The notes under the pieces are model-generated. The model did not search any database and had not been told where the DNA came from. It was given only the letters and a program-made list of their open reading frames with translations. Positions 44,931 through 56,400 of a DNA stretch of 64,000 bases are shown piece by piece. Position numbers and translations under genes: made by a program. The stretch is from a virus (Duplodnaviria; Caudoviricetes), in the IMG/VR virus record IMGVR_UViG_3300029305_006387, positions 3,221 through 67,220 of that record; one strand, given 5' to 3'. The first letter of the stretch is position 1; every line of letters begins with the position of its first letter.

Positions 44931-46178
44931 ATGAATGCTAAACAGTTGAATAGATTGCCCAGAGCTATCTTCTCATACAAGAGCGAAATTGACCAAAAAG
45001 TAAAGGTTTGCAACGCTGACGGGTCGAATATGACTTTAAGCAGGGACAAACTGATTTCTGCGGGTCGTTTGGCTACTTGTGAATACTTCGGCAGAATCGC
45101 AAACAACGACAAGAACTCGACCGAAAAGTACGTCCTTAAAGTAAACGACTACGCTTCGTATTCGCGTAACGTTTGGGAACAAACCGTGCTTTTCTGTGCG
45201 GCGCAAGCAAACCGTCAAATCGGTAAAGCTCCCTACTCCACAATGAAAGAGGTTGAAGATGACAGAAGTTTGTACGGTAGTCAAACTTTCTTCGCTGCTC
45301 TTCAATCCATTGCGACGGAAGTCATTACTCCGTTGCTCCCTGCGATTACGGACGACGTAACGAGCCGTCTTATCTCTTGGACGTCGGGTAGATTGGGCGA
45401 AACAAAAATGATTGATATTGAGTCCAACGATTTCTTCGTTTACGACGACGATTCGTGGGGTGCTGTATCGAGCAAGCCGCGCCAAAGACTTTACAAGTCG
45501 CAGGTCGCGCTTACTCCCAAGCTCCATACCGCAAAGGCATCCATCAAGTGGTATCAGGATGTCATCGACGGCGAAGCGGGTAGATTTTACGCGGCGTTCG
45601 CGCGTGGTGCAGCCAATAAGACCTACTCTATGACCCTTGAAAAATTCAAAGGTGCGGTCGGAAATACGAAGTATGTTCCTTCCGCGTTTGTGCTTGACGG
45701 TTTCTCAATGGATAATTGGAATAAGGCTCTTATGTGGTCGCAAGCAATCAACGGCGTAACGAGAAACAACCTTATGGCACTCGGTACTCTTTCCGGGCTT
45801 TCCAATATCGTTCCTACGATTGGCGCGGACGGTGTGATTGCGGGTGCGCAAGGCGAAATCGGTACGGAGTGGACGAGAAATGGTTTCCTTGCAAACGTTT
45901 CGGGTGTTGACCTTGTTGAAGCGGGTTTGTCTGTTGTACCCGGTACGCAGAATTATGACCCGAAATTCGTCAGCCTCGACGACCCCGAACAGGAAAACGT
46001 ATATATCGTCGCAAAAATCGGACACGCGCCTATGGCGGGCGTTATGGCGAGCGGTGCGCCTATTACCATTACGCTTACACCTACGGAAACTTCCGATATG
46101 ACGATTGAGATTACGGAAACCTTGGCTTTCGACATCGTTCCCGTATTCAGCTCCAAGATTTTCAAGATGATGGTTTAA
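44931..46178 (+). CDS. major capsid protein (putative)
   Basis: 415 aa, position, GGAGG SD, highly-expressed codon usage. Confidence 0.75.
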   Translation: MNAKQLNRLPRAIFSYKSEIDQKVKVCNADGSNMTLSRDKLISAGRLATCEYFGRIANNDKNSTEKYVLKVNDYASYSRNVWEQTVLFCAAQANRQIGKAPYSTMKEVEDDRSLYGSQTFFAALQSIATEVITPLLPAITDDVTSRLISWTSGRLGETKMIDIESNDFFVYDDDSWGAVSSKPRQRLYKSQVALTPKLHTAKASIKWYQDVIDGEAGRFYAAFARGAANKTYSMTLEKFKGAVGNTKYVPSAFVLDGFSMDNWNKALMWSQAINGVTRNNLMALGTLSGLSNIVPTIGADGVIAGAQGEIGTEWTRNGFLANVSGVDLVEAGLSVVPGTQNYDPKFVSLDDPEQENVYIVAKIGHAPMAGVMASGAPITITLTPTETSDMTIEITETLAFDIVPVFSSKIFKMMV

Positions 46179-46242
46179 TCCATTTCGGTAAAGTAAGTTG
46201 AATAAAAAACGGCGATACGCGAATGTTTATCGCCGTTTATAT

Positions 46243-46282
46243 GGGGATAACGGTTCGTGGGTTCGACTCCCGCAATCCCCCA
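46243..46282 (+). ncRNA. tRNA-like minihelix (acceptor-like stem plus T-arm)
   Basis: GGGGAT/ATCCCC stem, GTGGG-TTCGACT-CCCGC T-arm, ends ...CCA; no D or anticodon arm. Confidence 0.45.
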
Positions 46283-46315
46283 ATAAAAATTATATGTTTC
46301 AAAGGAGAAAGAAAA

Positions 46316-47002
46316 ATGGCAGACGAAACAAAGAAAAGAAACAATGCAACTCAAAAACCCGCAACGGAACAGGCAGCAAGCGAAAAGAAAGAAAAAACTT
46401 TCACGGCGAGCGAAGTCGAGAAAATGATTGCAAAAGCGGTGGCGACGGCACTTGCCGACGTACAGCAAGCCAACCAAACTGTGGTTGTAAAAGAAACAAG
46501 TGAACCGCTCGTAACGCTTTTGTATATGGGAACTGTGGCTGAAGGGTCAACCGTTTCCCTTGGAAAGCTCGGCGATATTCAAGGCAGAGGCGGCACGAGA
46601 GATATTCCAAAGAAAGAATTTTTCCAAAATCTCAACCCCGCAATCCTTAAACGCTTAAAGGACAGACGACTGATTGTGTTGTCGGGACTTACAGACGACG
46701 AGCGTGAGAGATACGGCGTAAAGTACACAGATGGGGAATTGCTTTCAAGCGATGTGTATTACAAGCTCTTGTCGCTTGACGAAACAGATATTATTAACAT
46801 TTTCAAAAAGGCGTGTTATCGCCACAAGCAGATTATCTCCACTCTGTATATCGATGCTTATATGAAAGGCGACAACAGAGTAAATCAGCCCTTTATTCAA
46901 AAGCTCAATGAAATCTCAAAAGCAGACGACAAAGACGGTATGTTTAAGGGCATTCTTAAAGATATGATTGCCGAAATGAACGATGCAACGGACGGCGAAT
47001 AA
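46316..47002 (+). CDS. hypothetical structural-module protein
   Basis: ORF with AAGGAG SD after capsid. Confidence 0.65.
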   Translation: MADETKKRNNATQKPATEQAASEKKEKTFTASEVEKMIAKAVATALADVQQANQTVVVKETSEPLVTLLYMGTVAEGSTVSLGKLGDIQGRGGTRDIPKKEFFQNLNPAILKRLKDRRLIVLSGLTDDERERYGVKYTDGELLSSDVYYKLLSLDETDIINIFKKACYRHKQIISTLYIDAYMKGDNRVNQPFIQKLNEISKADDKDGMFKGILKDMIAEMNDATDGE

Positions 47003-47013
47003 GGAAAGGAATT

Positions 47014-47745
47014 ATGACACCGGTTTTGAAAGTTTTAACTGAATACTGTGATACTTATGTGGACGATATAAGGTTAAAGGAGCTGTTGCCCACAAATCCC
47101 GCGCTTTATGCGAGAAAAATGTCGCAGTATTTTATTCCCGCAATCTCGCTCTTTGAAATACCTTCAGAGATGCAGGAATATCTACTCGGAACGAAAAGAA
47201 ATCCGAAATTCTTTGAGCCGAGATACGACAACAAAAGATATACGACGTCGGAGAAAATTACTGCGCCGCATTCCGTTGAACTCGGAAATGATTTCAAAGA
47301 ATATGAATTATTCTCCGCTCAAATCCTGTCGCTTAACGGCAACCAAATAGTTGCTACTCCTACGGATATTTGCTCGTATGACAGCGATAAAGGCGTGATA
47401 ACCATAAACGCGAGCGAGGATAACCCCGTTGAAGAAAATACGACATTTGACTTCGATTTTTACGCGGACGGATATTTTGAAAACGACCTTTCGCATTCCG
47501 CATTAAAAATACTTGGAATGTGCTTTGAGGTTGTTTGGCAAACTCGTTTTAATAATGATTGGCTGTCCAACGTTTCAAAGGTTGAAAGCAATTCATTTGG
47601 CGAGCAAAATCGCGCGAATAAAACAAGAGCAGATACGGAACGCTTTGAGCAATTAAAGCGAAAGCTCGCGGGGGAAATGCGCAGATTTGAACAAAATGCC
47701 GAATATCGTCAGGTCGTACCGAGCGATAAGCGGTTGAAATTCTAA
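47014..47745 (+). CDS. head-tail adaptor (putative)
   Basis: Position in neck module. Confidence 0.5.
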   Translation: MTPVLKVLTEYCDTYVDDIRLKELLPTNPALYARKMSQYFIPAISLFEIPSEMQEYLLGTKRNPKFFEPRYDNKRYTTSEKITAPHSVELGNDFKEYELFSAQILSLNGNQIVATPTDICSYDSDKGVITINASEDNPVEENTTFDFDFYADGYFENDLSHSALKILGMCFEVVWQTRFNNDWLSNVSKVESNSFGEQNRANKTRADTERFEQLKRKLAGEMRRFEQNAEYRQVVPSDKRLKF

Positions 47746-47769
47746 AAAACCAAAGGAAAGGAAATTAAA

Positions 47770-48360
47770 ATGGAAAACTTTGAGTTATCGAAAGAAGTAT
47801 TACAAAAAGCGAATACATATATGAGCTTGGCGCAAAAGACTATTTTAGCCGAGCTTGTCGCAAGACGGAGCGTGAAACCTATTCGGGGATTAGCGACGGA
47901 AAAAGAGAGCAAAGAGCAATCTGCCTTTATTGCCATTCCGAGCGTGGTCGGAGAAGATTCCGATATGAAAGAAAAACTGCTGTTGAATGTGCTTTTGTCG
48001 CACTATTTGGACATTGCAGTACCCGAAATGGACAACAATATTTACGACTTTTATATGGGCGGTCATTTGCTTAATCAGTTGGAGAGATTTAAGACGGATT
48101 CGGAGCTTAAAATCAAGGCATTCGACATTCTCGCCGACTTTAAGCAGTTCAAAAAAATGGTCGATATTGAGATTTATAATATCAAGACCAAAGAAAACGA
48201 TGTTGTTGAACGCACATTAAAGGGCATTTCGCTTTTTGCGGCAGAGAAGATTACGGAGAACCCCGAACTTATCGACAAGTTTACGGACGAGCTGAAAAAA
48301 GCGGTCGAAAATCTTAAAGTTCAAGAACCCGTTGCGGCAGCCGAAGGAGTGGAAGAATGA
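47770..48360 (+). CDS. hypothetical neck/tail-module protein
   Basis: ORF in structural operon. Confidence 0.6.
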   Translation: MENFELSKEVLQKANTYMSLAQKTILAELVARRSVKPIRGLATEKESKEQSAFIAIPSVVGEDSDMKEKLLLNVLLSHYLDIAVPEMDNNIYDFYMGGHLLNQLERFKTDSELKIKAFDILADFKQFKKMVDIEIYNIKTKENDVVERTLKGISLFAAEKITENPELIDKFTDELKKAVENLKVQEPVAAAEGVEE

Positions 48361-49079
48361 CACCCGACATCAATTCTCCGTATTATCCGTATTTCAAAAC
48401 GCAAGACAGCTTTGCCGATTTATCGGATGCGGTAAGCATACCGAGAAAAATATGCGATTACTTGTTAGATGCGCCAAAGGGCGATTACAAGCCCATCGAC
48501 AATAACAAGTACCCGCGTTGTAGGTTTTGGAAATACCTGTATTACGACGGTGCAAAGCCCCTTGGGGAGAAACTGCCTTCCATACAGAAGAAAATGCAAG
48601 TTCTTTTCAATCCAAATTCGCCCGAAAATCCACCTACGGAAAAAGGATATAGACTTATTCCGCAGATATACACAAAGCAATCGCAAACAGACGGTCAAAC
48701 AAGGGTTTATGTGTATCTCGGTAGAACCGTGCCGTCGGGGGAAGGGGAGTATAAGGTTGCACTCGCGGTAAAATTTCTCATATTTACACACTACACCTAT
48801 GAACTCAACACAAAGTCGGACGAATATAGCCGTTGCGCCGGGATAGAGTATGCGTTAATCGAGGCTTTGCACGGCGTAAATATGGCGGGTATTGGAACAT
48901 TCTCTTTTTCAAAAAGAGTGCACCCCGAATGTGGCAGTCGTGAAATGTTTGATGGGGGCGCGAACGTCGGTAGGGAACTCACTCTTGCATTGGAGCTTGC
49001 CACGACAGCAAACAACGAAGCGACAAGTATCGAAAATATGCCTTCGTTCTCCCTTGACGGGAAGATTAAGATGGCGTAA
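48357..49079 (+). CDS. tail terminator / completion protein (putative)
   Basis: Position and beta-rich C-terminal half. Confidence 0.45.
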   Translation: MTPDINSPYYPYFKTQDSFADLSDAVSIPRKICDYLLDAPKGDYKPIDNNKYPRCRFWKYLYYDGAKPLGEKLPSIQKKMQVLFNPNSPENPPTEKGYRLIPQIYTKQSQTDGQTRVYVYLGRTVPSGEGEYKVALAVKFLIFTHYTYELNTKSDEYSRCAGIEYALIEALHGVNMAGIGTFSFSKRVHPECGSREMFDGGANVGRELTLALELATTANNEATSIENMPSFSLDGKIKMA

Positions 49080-49090
49080 GTGGTGAAGAG

Positions 49091-49243
49091 ATGACCCCGA
49101 AAAAAGAAAAGTGCAAGCAAGGGCGCAGCGAATGCACAAAGAATTGCAAAAAGAGAAAGGCAAGACAAGCAAAATGCAAGGAAGTCTTTAATATTGGCGG
49201 TAAAACTATCGAGTTTAGAACGACAATGATAGATAAACAGTAA
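49091..49243 (+). CDS. small basic Cys/Lys-rich protein (50 aa)
   Basis: Translated by hand MTPKKEKCKQG...MIDKQ*. Confidence 0.35.
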   Translation: MTPKKEKCKQGRSECTKNCKKRKARQAKCKEVFNIGGKTIEFRTTMIDKQ

Positions 49244-49258
49244 GGGAAACGGCAAGGT

Positions 49259-50764
49259 ATGGCACAGAATGACAGCAAAAAGTATATAAAAAGTGTTGCG
49301 GCGTTTAACGGCGGTGGCGCAATGCGAACCGCGCAAAATACGCCTACGCAATATGCAAGCCGTCAAGCGCAATATATGGCAGGGAGAACAGCCGTATTTG
49401 ATGCAAATCGCGCCTATCTTGCAACCGATTATGTAAACGCTGATGTGCAAGGCTTAATACCCGACGATTTTTACGCGTGGACAAATACAAATATACGACT
49501 TGCGGATATTTCGCATCGTCCTACCGCTAACAGCACAAAAAAGACGGACGATTATAAGCAAGTTTTATTTCCCGAAAACGGCGTTGATTATTTCCCTATT
49601 GGGGCTAAAATCAAGGCTATGGGGAGCGTATGGATTTGTGTAAATCCTTCTAATATGTCAACCGCCCAAAACACGGCAATCGTCGCGCGATGCAACGCAT
49701 CGTATAATTCCTACGATTTCTATGGAAATGTTATTACAGAGCCTATTCTTGTTGAAAGAAATGCAATGCTCGGTAATGATACGGAAAACACGCAAAACCT
49801 TGTACTTATGGACGGGTATTTCAATATCACCTGTCAACTCAACGAAAATACGGCAAAGTTGCAAGAAAACTCGCGGATAATTCTCGGTAAAAAACCTTAC
49901 CACATAACAGGCGTTACAGACTTCATACAGGAATTTTCGGGCGATAGAGAAAGTTGCCACTTGCTTACGTTTACGGCTCGTGTTGAAGAACTGACGGAAT
50001 CCGACGATATTGAAAAAGATTTCGTGGCGAACGGTAAAGAACTTTCGTTTGAAGTGAAGATACAAACCCCGGAAAATATAAATGTTGGCGATACGGCGCA
50101 GGTGCGGGCTGTATTTGTTAAAAACGGAGATTTTATTTGGCAACCGCCGACGGCGTATGTGGAGAATGAAACGGGAATGCTTTATGTCGAATATCCCGAT
50201 AACTACGAGCAGGGGCAATTTGTTTTGTGTGGCAATTCTCTTATATTCCAACAAGGTAATACGCCTTTAAGCGCGGAGTTCACAACAGAAAACGGCATTT
50301 TGAAAACAACGCTTGAATATCCCATTGCTTGGGATTGGGTTTCGACGAATACGAAGGTTGCAACAATCAATGCAAACGGGGTCGTAACGGCTATCGCGGC
50401 GGGAAGTGCGCAAATTGTCGCAACATTACGCCAAAACCCTGCGGTTTCCGCTATGGCTGAACTAATCGTCAAAGAAAAGAGATTGGAACAATACGTTGAG
50501 TTTATAAGCGTTTCTCCGAATAGTATCACGCAATACGAAAGTGTTATAGTACAAGCGCGGTATTTTGAAAACGGAGATATGACGAAAATCCCACTCAAAT
50601 GGAACTTTGGTGGGGCAAAAGCGGAAGATTTTTCCGTTGTGTTTGCGGAAGATGGTTTGTCTGTTGAGATTACTTGTTTAAGTCCAAGCGACGAAAATCT
50701 TGAAATCACGGCAAGTTACGGAGAGCAGTCCGCAACAATGAATATAGAACTGCTCGGATATTAA
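49259..50764 (+). CDS. head-closure-like protein with Ig-like (Big_2) domain
   Basis: WDWVSTNTKVATINANGVVTAIAAGSAQIVAT is a Big_2 signature. Confidence 0.65.
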   Translation: MAQNDSKKYIKSVAAFNGGGAMRTAQNTPTQYASRQAQYMAGRTAVFDANRAYLATDYVNADVQGLIPDDFYAWTNTNIRLADISHRPTANSTKKTDDYKQVLFPENGVDYFPIGAKIKAMGSVWICVNPSNMSTAQNTAIVARCNASYNSYDFYGNVITEPILVERNAMLGNDTENTQNLVLMDGYFNITCQLNENTAKLQENSRIILGKKPYHITGVTDFIQEFSGDRESCHLLTFTARVEELTESDDIEKDFVANGKELSFEVKIQTPENINVGDTAQVRAVFVKNGDFIWQPPTAYVENETGMLYVEYPDNYEQGQFVLCGNSLIFQQGNTPLSAEFTTENGILKTTLEYPIAWDWVSTNTKVATINANGVVTAIAAGSAQIVATLRQNPAVSAMAELIVKEKRLEQYVEFISVSPNSITQYESVIVQARYFENGDMTKIPLKWNFGGAKAEDFSVVFAEDGLSVEITCLSPSDENLEITASYGEQSATMNIELLGY

Positions 50765-50798
50765 AATAAGTCAATTAGAGAAAGGACGGGAAATTATA

Positions 50799-51623
50799 AT
50801 GGGTCAATTCTCAAAAATGGATAGAAAATCTCTTGTACGGCAGGGAAAACCTGTCGAATGTTTGGGGCTTACCTTCTATCCGATAAAAATGTATCACTAC
50901 GACGATTTCTTGGCGAGCAAGGATGCGTTAGTTCTTCGATTGGGTACACTCCCTGTAAAGTACGCAATAAAGGATTATCTGAATGCAATCTTCTCGTTGG
51001 AATACGATGCGGTGCAAGGTAATGGTGTCGGTATAGGTTTGTTTAATCGAGCGATTTCCTTACTGCTGATGTCTTTGCGGATAGATGTCAACCTGAAGGA
51101 GTTTATCGGAAAGCAAGTTTTTATTCGACAGGTCGGGGAAAACGACTTTGAAATAGACCATATCGTGGTAATACAAAACAACATTCGCGTTGAGATAACA
51201 CCGCAAGATTTCTCTTCGCAAATACGACCGCTCATAGCAGAGCAGAATGGCTTGGAATTGCCAAACGAATCCGACAACGCCGAATTGGTTAAGGCGCAAG
51301 AAGAGCTTACAGAACTGAACAACTCCACAAAAAGACTCAAACAAAGCACGACAAGTCTTATTGCATCCGTAGCTTACAATTCAAAAGTAAGCGAACGAGA
51401 GATAGACGAGTGGACGGTGCGAGAGTTTGAAAATCGGCGTAGCGCAATCGAGCGCGATAAACGCTATACGCTTTACAGCCAAGCGGAGCTTTCGGGTATG
51501 GTAAGTTTCAAAAACGGAAATCCGTTCCCTTCTTGGTGCTACGATACGATTGACGATACGATGGGGACTATGGCTCTTTCGAGCTTGGGCAACGCGATAG
51601 GCGGCGCAACTCAAAAACAATAA
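50799..51623 (+). CDS. tail assembly chaperone-like protein (putative)
   Basis: Helical; C-terminal EIDEWTVREF resembles chaperone C-domains. Confidence 0.45.
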   Translation: MGQFSKMDRKSLVRQGKPVECLGLTFYPIKMYHYDDFLASKDALVLRLGTLPVKYAIKDYLNAIFSLEYDAVQGNGVGIGLFNRAISLLLMSLRIDVNLKEFIGKQVFIRQVGENDFEIDHIVVIQNNIRVEITPQDFSSQIRPLIAEQNGLELPNESDNAELVKAQEELTELNNSTKRLKQSTTSLIASVAYNSKVSEREIDEWTVREFENRRSAIERDKRYTLYSQAELSGMVSFKNGNPFPSWCYDTIDDTMGTMALSSLGNAIGGATQKQ

Positions 51624-51645
51624 TCTGAAAAAAGGAGAAACTTTT

Positions 51646-52761
51646 ATGAATGCAATTAGATTGGGCGACCCCAATTTGTTTGTCAAAGGTATTGCCGAAG
51701 TAACGATTACAGACCCTAAAACGGGTAATATTATCGGTTTCGATAAGGTTGCAAGCGAAGGTAGTATTACATCGTCCGTAAATATGGGCGAAATTACGGG
51801 TGGTATCGGTAATCCCTTACTTATCACAATTCCCGATACGACTCGTATCACGGGTGCGCTTACGTCGCAAGCGTTCTCTTTGGAACAAAGAGCATTGACG
51901 GCGGGTGGCAATGTAAACTACAACGGCTTAACGCCCGTTTGCGAGCATATCACGGCGACGGGTGCAACCTTGAAAGTAACGGGCAATCCCGTGAAACATT
52001 ATGCACAGACCGCAAGCGATGCAACGGCTTGGTGTTATGTGAGAGTTCACGGTGCGGACAACTATGTAGGGACGAACTATGGCGTGGATGTTTCCACAAA
52101 AGAGGTTAAAGGCTTTACGGCGGTTCTTGGCACGGAATACGATGTATTCTACTTTGTTGAGAACGCATCCGCAAAGGTGTTGGAACTTTCTTCCAACTTC
52201 AAACCTTCCGTTGCAACGGTTTCCTACAAGTTCAACGTTTACGCAAAGCAGAACGGCTCTGTATCGAACGGTACTTTGCAAGGTTTCTTGTACTTTATCG
52301 TTCCCAAGGCGCAATTCGGCGGCGACGTGGGTATTTCGGCGAACCAAACATCCAACGCAACGACGGACTATTCGTGGAATGCTCTCGCGGACAACGACAA
52401 TATGCCCTCTTGCGAAGGTTGCCAAGAAAACGGCAGTCCTTATGCGTATTACGTGTATGTTCCTTGCGGTGGCGCAAAGGTTGCGGTTGAAGCTCTCGCG
52501 GTTATCGGCGGCGCGGTAAGCGTTGCGGTAAACGGAAAGGCTCAAATCCCCGTTAAGTATGTAATGCCCAACGGTGATACCGTACAACCTACTTACAGCG
52601 ACCTTACCTACGCATCGGAAGCGACTGCTACGGCAACCGTTGATACGAGCGGTGTGGTAACGGGCAAGGCGACGGGCAACACGAAGATTACGATTACGCT
52701 CAATAAGGGCGACGGCAAAACGCTGACGACATACTGCCTTGTAGCGGTATCGGGTAGCTAA
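51646..52761 (+). CDS. major tail protein with C-terminal Ig-like domain
   Basis: Thr/Gly/Val-rich; YASEATATATVDTSGVVTGKATGNTKITIT Big_2 signature; followed by terminator. Confidence 0.75.
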   Translation: MNAIRLGDPNLFVKGIAEVTITDPKTGNIIGFDKVASEGSITSSVNMGEITGGIGNPLLITIPDTTRITGALTSQAFSLEQRALTAGGNVNYNGLTPVCEHITATGATLKVTGNPVKHYAQTASDATAWCYVRVHGADNYVGTNYGVDVSTKEVKGFTAVLGTEYDVFYFVENASAKVLELSSNFKPSVATVSYKFNVYAKQNGSVSNGTLQGFLYFIVPKAQFGGDVGISANQTSNATTDYSWNALADNDNMPSCEGCQENGSPYAYYVYVPCGGAKVAVEALAVIGGAVSVAVNGKAQIPVKYVMPNGDTVQPTYSDLTYASEATATATVDTSGVVTGKATGNTKITITLNKGDGKTLTTYCLVAVSGS

Positions 52762-52769
52762 CAAAAAAT

Positions 52770-52813
52770 AAACGCGCCTACGCCCTAAAAACGGGGCGTA
52801 GGAGAGCGTTTTT
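52770..52813 (+). terminator. intrinsic terminator after major tail gene
   Basis: CCTACGCCC/GGGCGTAGG stem followed by T-run. Confidence 0.65.
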
Positions 52814-52839
52814 ATTTAACACAAGGAAAGTATCGACTT

Positions 52840-53439
52840 ATGGCAGGTGTGCAGATTACAGCCCAAATTATCGGTTTGGAAGAAGAGTTGCAAGCCGAAG
52901 TAAAAAAGATAGAACGGCAGATACCATACGCCCTTACAAATACGGGCGTTGAAATGGCGCGGGATTTGCAATCTACTCTCCATAGGGTTTGGTATAAGGG
53001 ATATACGCCTGCCGTTTACGAGAGAAGAACAGATGACCCTAATTTGGGTACGCCAATCGGCAGCGATGAAAACTTCGACATAAGCACAGACGTCGCAACA
53101 AAAGTGTTGAATTTCATTTTTGAGCCTGACGGCAACAATGCGAAGTTTGAAACGATGCGCGGCGGGGATAAACTGATTGAGTGGATTCAGAAAGAGCATA
53201 AATACGGTGAGATAAGGCACGGAAAAGTCGTTTCAAGGGAAGCGACGACAACGATTCCCGCAAGACCGTTTTGGAATATCTTTTTGGAAGAACAATCGCA
53301 CGGCGGCATAATTGAGAAATTCATTAAGGGAATGTCGCCATACCAAGTCATTGCGGGGAGTGAAGATAGTGCAATCGACTTGACAGAATTTGAATTACCT
53401 GCGGGTGGAACATTTGAAGAAAGTGAACTCCCGTTTTAA
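52840..53439 (+). CDS. tail completion protein (HK97 gp10-like, putative)
   Basis: C-terminal IPARPF motif; position before tape measure. Confidence 0.5.
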   Translation: MAGVQITAQIIGLEEELQAEVKKIERQIPYALTNTGVEMARDLQSTLHRVWYKGYTPAVYERRTDDPNLGTPIGSDENFDISTDVATKVLNFIFEPDGNNAKFETMRGGDKLIEWIQKEHKYGEIRHGKVVSREATTTIPARPFWNIFLEEQSHGGIIEKFIKGMSPYQVIAGSEDSAIDLTEFELPAGGTFEESELPF

Positions 53440-53467
53440 CATAAAAGCACAGCAGTAGGAGCGGATT

Positions 53468-56400
53468 ATGGCAGAAATTTTACTGAAGGTTAGATTAGAC
53501 GATAGTACATACAAGAGCCAACTTGCAGAACTCGAAGCGCAAGTCGGCAAAATCGTTTCGTCCACCACAAAAACGCCGTCAATGAATGTTGACAGCTTGC
53601 AAAAATCGTTCGCAAACCTACTCAATACATTAAAGGGTGCGGAAGGGAAGTATGCAGTAGGTACATTTCAAAGCCTTAAAACAGAGGTTTCCGAATGCCT
53701 CGGCAGGGTTAAAGAGCTGAATGCGGAAATCGGCGATAGCAAGCCCACAAAGGCGCAAAAAGCGGAGCTTGCGGGGTTGACAAAGCAACTCTCTGAACTG
53801 CAAGCCAAGTTTGCCACCGTGAGAGCGGAAACGGCAAAACTTTCTACGGTGCAGGGGACTTCTTCCAACGCGGTAAAGACTTTGCAAAAATCCTACGCAA
53901 ACCTTATCAACTCGTTGAACACCGTAAAGAATAAATACCCTGCGGGGACTTTTGACAATCTTATCGCGCAAGCAAAAGAAGGTCTTACGGCGACGAAAAA
54001 TCTTAACACGGAAGTAGGCACGAGCGCAACGCTGAATGAAAAGCAGGGCGCGACTTTGCAAATGCTTTCGGGAAAATATCAGCAACTCGCCGCCGATGTA
54101 GCAACGGTGAGAGCGGAAACGGAACAAAATACTTCTGCTGTAATTAAGAATGGCGATAGCATTGGTGCTATGGCAAAGAAATTCATTATTTGGCAGGCGG
54201 CGGCAACGCTCGTAATGAAACCCTTACAGCTTATCCGTGATGCTATTTCGTCAATCAATGAAACGCTCGTAGAAACGGAAAATGCCGTAGTCGCATTACG
54301 GCGTGTAGCGGGTACTTCCGCGAATGCCGACGAGCTTTACGACCTTGCGCAAAGATACGGTCAAACATTCGAGAATGTAAACGAAATTGCCTTGAATTTT
54401 GCCCGTTCGGGTATGGATTGGACGGACACGATTAAAGCGACGGAGGCGGCATTACTCGCGCTTAACGTAGCTGAATTAGATGCAACGCAAGCATCCGACG
54501 GAATGATTGCGATTATGCAACAGTTCGGATATGAAGCAAGCGAATTAGAGCTTATCATAGACAAGCTCAATATTTCGGCTGACAATGCGGCAGTTTCGAC
54601 AGAAAAACTGCTTGCTGCATTACAGCGCACGGGTTCGTCCGCAAAAAATGCCAATCTTACTCTTGAAGAAACGGTAGGTATTATCACGGCTATCTCCGAG
54701 GCAACGGGGCGTAGCGGTGAAAATATCGGTACTGCCGTAAACTCTCTTATTCAATTCACAACAAAGGAATCGTCCCTTGCAACCTTTGAAAAATTGGGTG
54801 GCGACGTTGCAAAAGTCGTGGAAGATTACCGAATGGGCGCGGCGACAGTTCTCGATATTTGGGAAGAATTGAGCAAGGTTATTCAATCGAAAAACAGCTC
54901 AACGGAAGGCATATTGTCGGGGCTTTTTGCTGACGATGATTGGCGTTCCCTTAACGAAGAATTGCAGACAGAGCTTGGCGAGAATTTCGCAACCGTAACC
55001 GAAATCTATGGAACGGCAAGCACATTCCGTAAAAACTATTTTATCGCCCTTTTGAACAATCTCGACCAAGTCCAAGAAACAATGGACGATATGAACAGCG
55101 CGGAAGGCTATTCACAAAAGGAAAATGAGCAATATCTCGACACTTATTCCGCGAAAGTCAATGAGTTAAAGGCTCAATGGCAAGATATGGCTAACGACGA
55201 GCAGGGCATCCTTGGTATTAAAAAGTCGTTAGTCGAGTTTGCGAGCAACCTGCTTACGGTGTTAGATAAGCTCGGCGGGATAAAGTTTGTTTTAACTGAA
55301 ATTCTCGTAATCGGTGGTACGCTCCTGATGACGTATAAAGGAACGGCGATTATTGCGGGGTTACAAAAGATTTGGGTACTTTTGCGAACGCTATCCATTG
55401 ATGCTATCCCCAACGCAATCGCAGCTTGGAGAGCTTATGCGGCAGGTATTGTTTCCGCAAATACTGCAATTCAAGCATCAATTCCCATAATCGGTATGGC
55501 TATTGCCGCTATATCTCTGCTTGCTACAAAGATTTCAGATGCGAGAGAAAAAGAAAGGCAAGCAGCAGAAGAAGCTCGCCAAGAGCTTATCAATTTAAGA
55601 CAAGAAGCGGCAAATTCTATTGCATCATACGAGAATATCTCCAACTCTTTGAACGAAACCATTGAACGGGTTAAGGAATTGAGGAGTGGCGAAGATTTGA
55701 CTGCCGATGCCACAAAAGAATTGATTTCTATTCAGGAAAGTCTGATTAAGAATAATGGCGACCTTGCGGGGTCAATCGACCTTGTAAACGGAAAACTCGA
55801 AGAGCAAATCCCTTTAATGGAGCAAGTTGCAAAGGCGCAACTCCAACAATGGATTAAAGACAATCAAACAGCAATCAACACAAGTGAGGCTCTGCTTAAT
55901 TCAAAAGGTAACAGTTATTATGAAACGGGGCGCGATGGCAATATTTTTACTACGCCCGACGGTGGAGCAGCGGAAAAAATCAGCGAAATAGCTCGAAAGG
56001 CGGGGATTGATGTATATGGAAGTAAAAGTGTATATTATCCCTCCAAATCAGGTGATTGGTGGACTTGGATTCCATTTGCAGAAGAAGTTGCAGACATATT
56101 TGGCTCAGAGAGCTATACTTGGATTTTAGCCGGTGGCGAAAACATAGAAGAGCAAATAAAGAATTACAACGCTCTGTATGATTACATAAGCAAAAACGCA
56201 GAAAGTCTTGGGTTGGATGATAAAACAAAGAAAGAATATCTCGGCTATTTGTCCAATGCACTTCGGAAACTAAACACCGATGATTACAAAAACGCCAAGG
56301 AAACCTATGACTATTACCAAAAGATACAGAAGTATCTCAACGGGGAGATTTCCTACAACGAATTTCTTACAGGCGTAAAAGACGGCACAGAGGATGTAAC

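Noticed and set aside
46243-46282. Sixth canonical tRNA gene
   Set aside because: No D arm or anticodon arm; reported only as a tRNA-like minihelix.
51500-53468. Programmed -1 frameshift in a tail chaperone upstream of the tape measure
   Set aside because: No pair of overlapping chaperone ORFs or convincing slippery heptamer was found between the major tail and tape measure genes.
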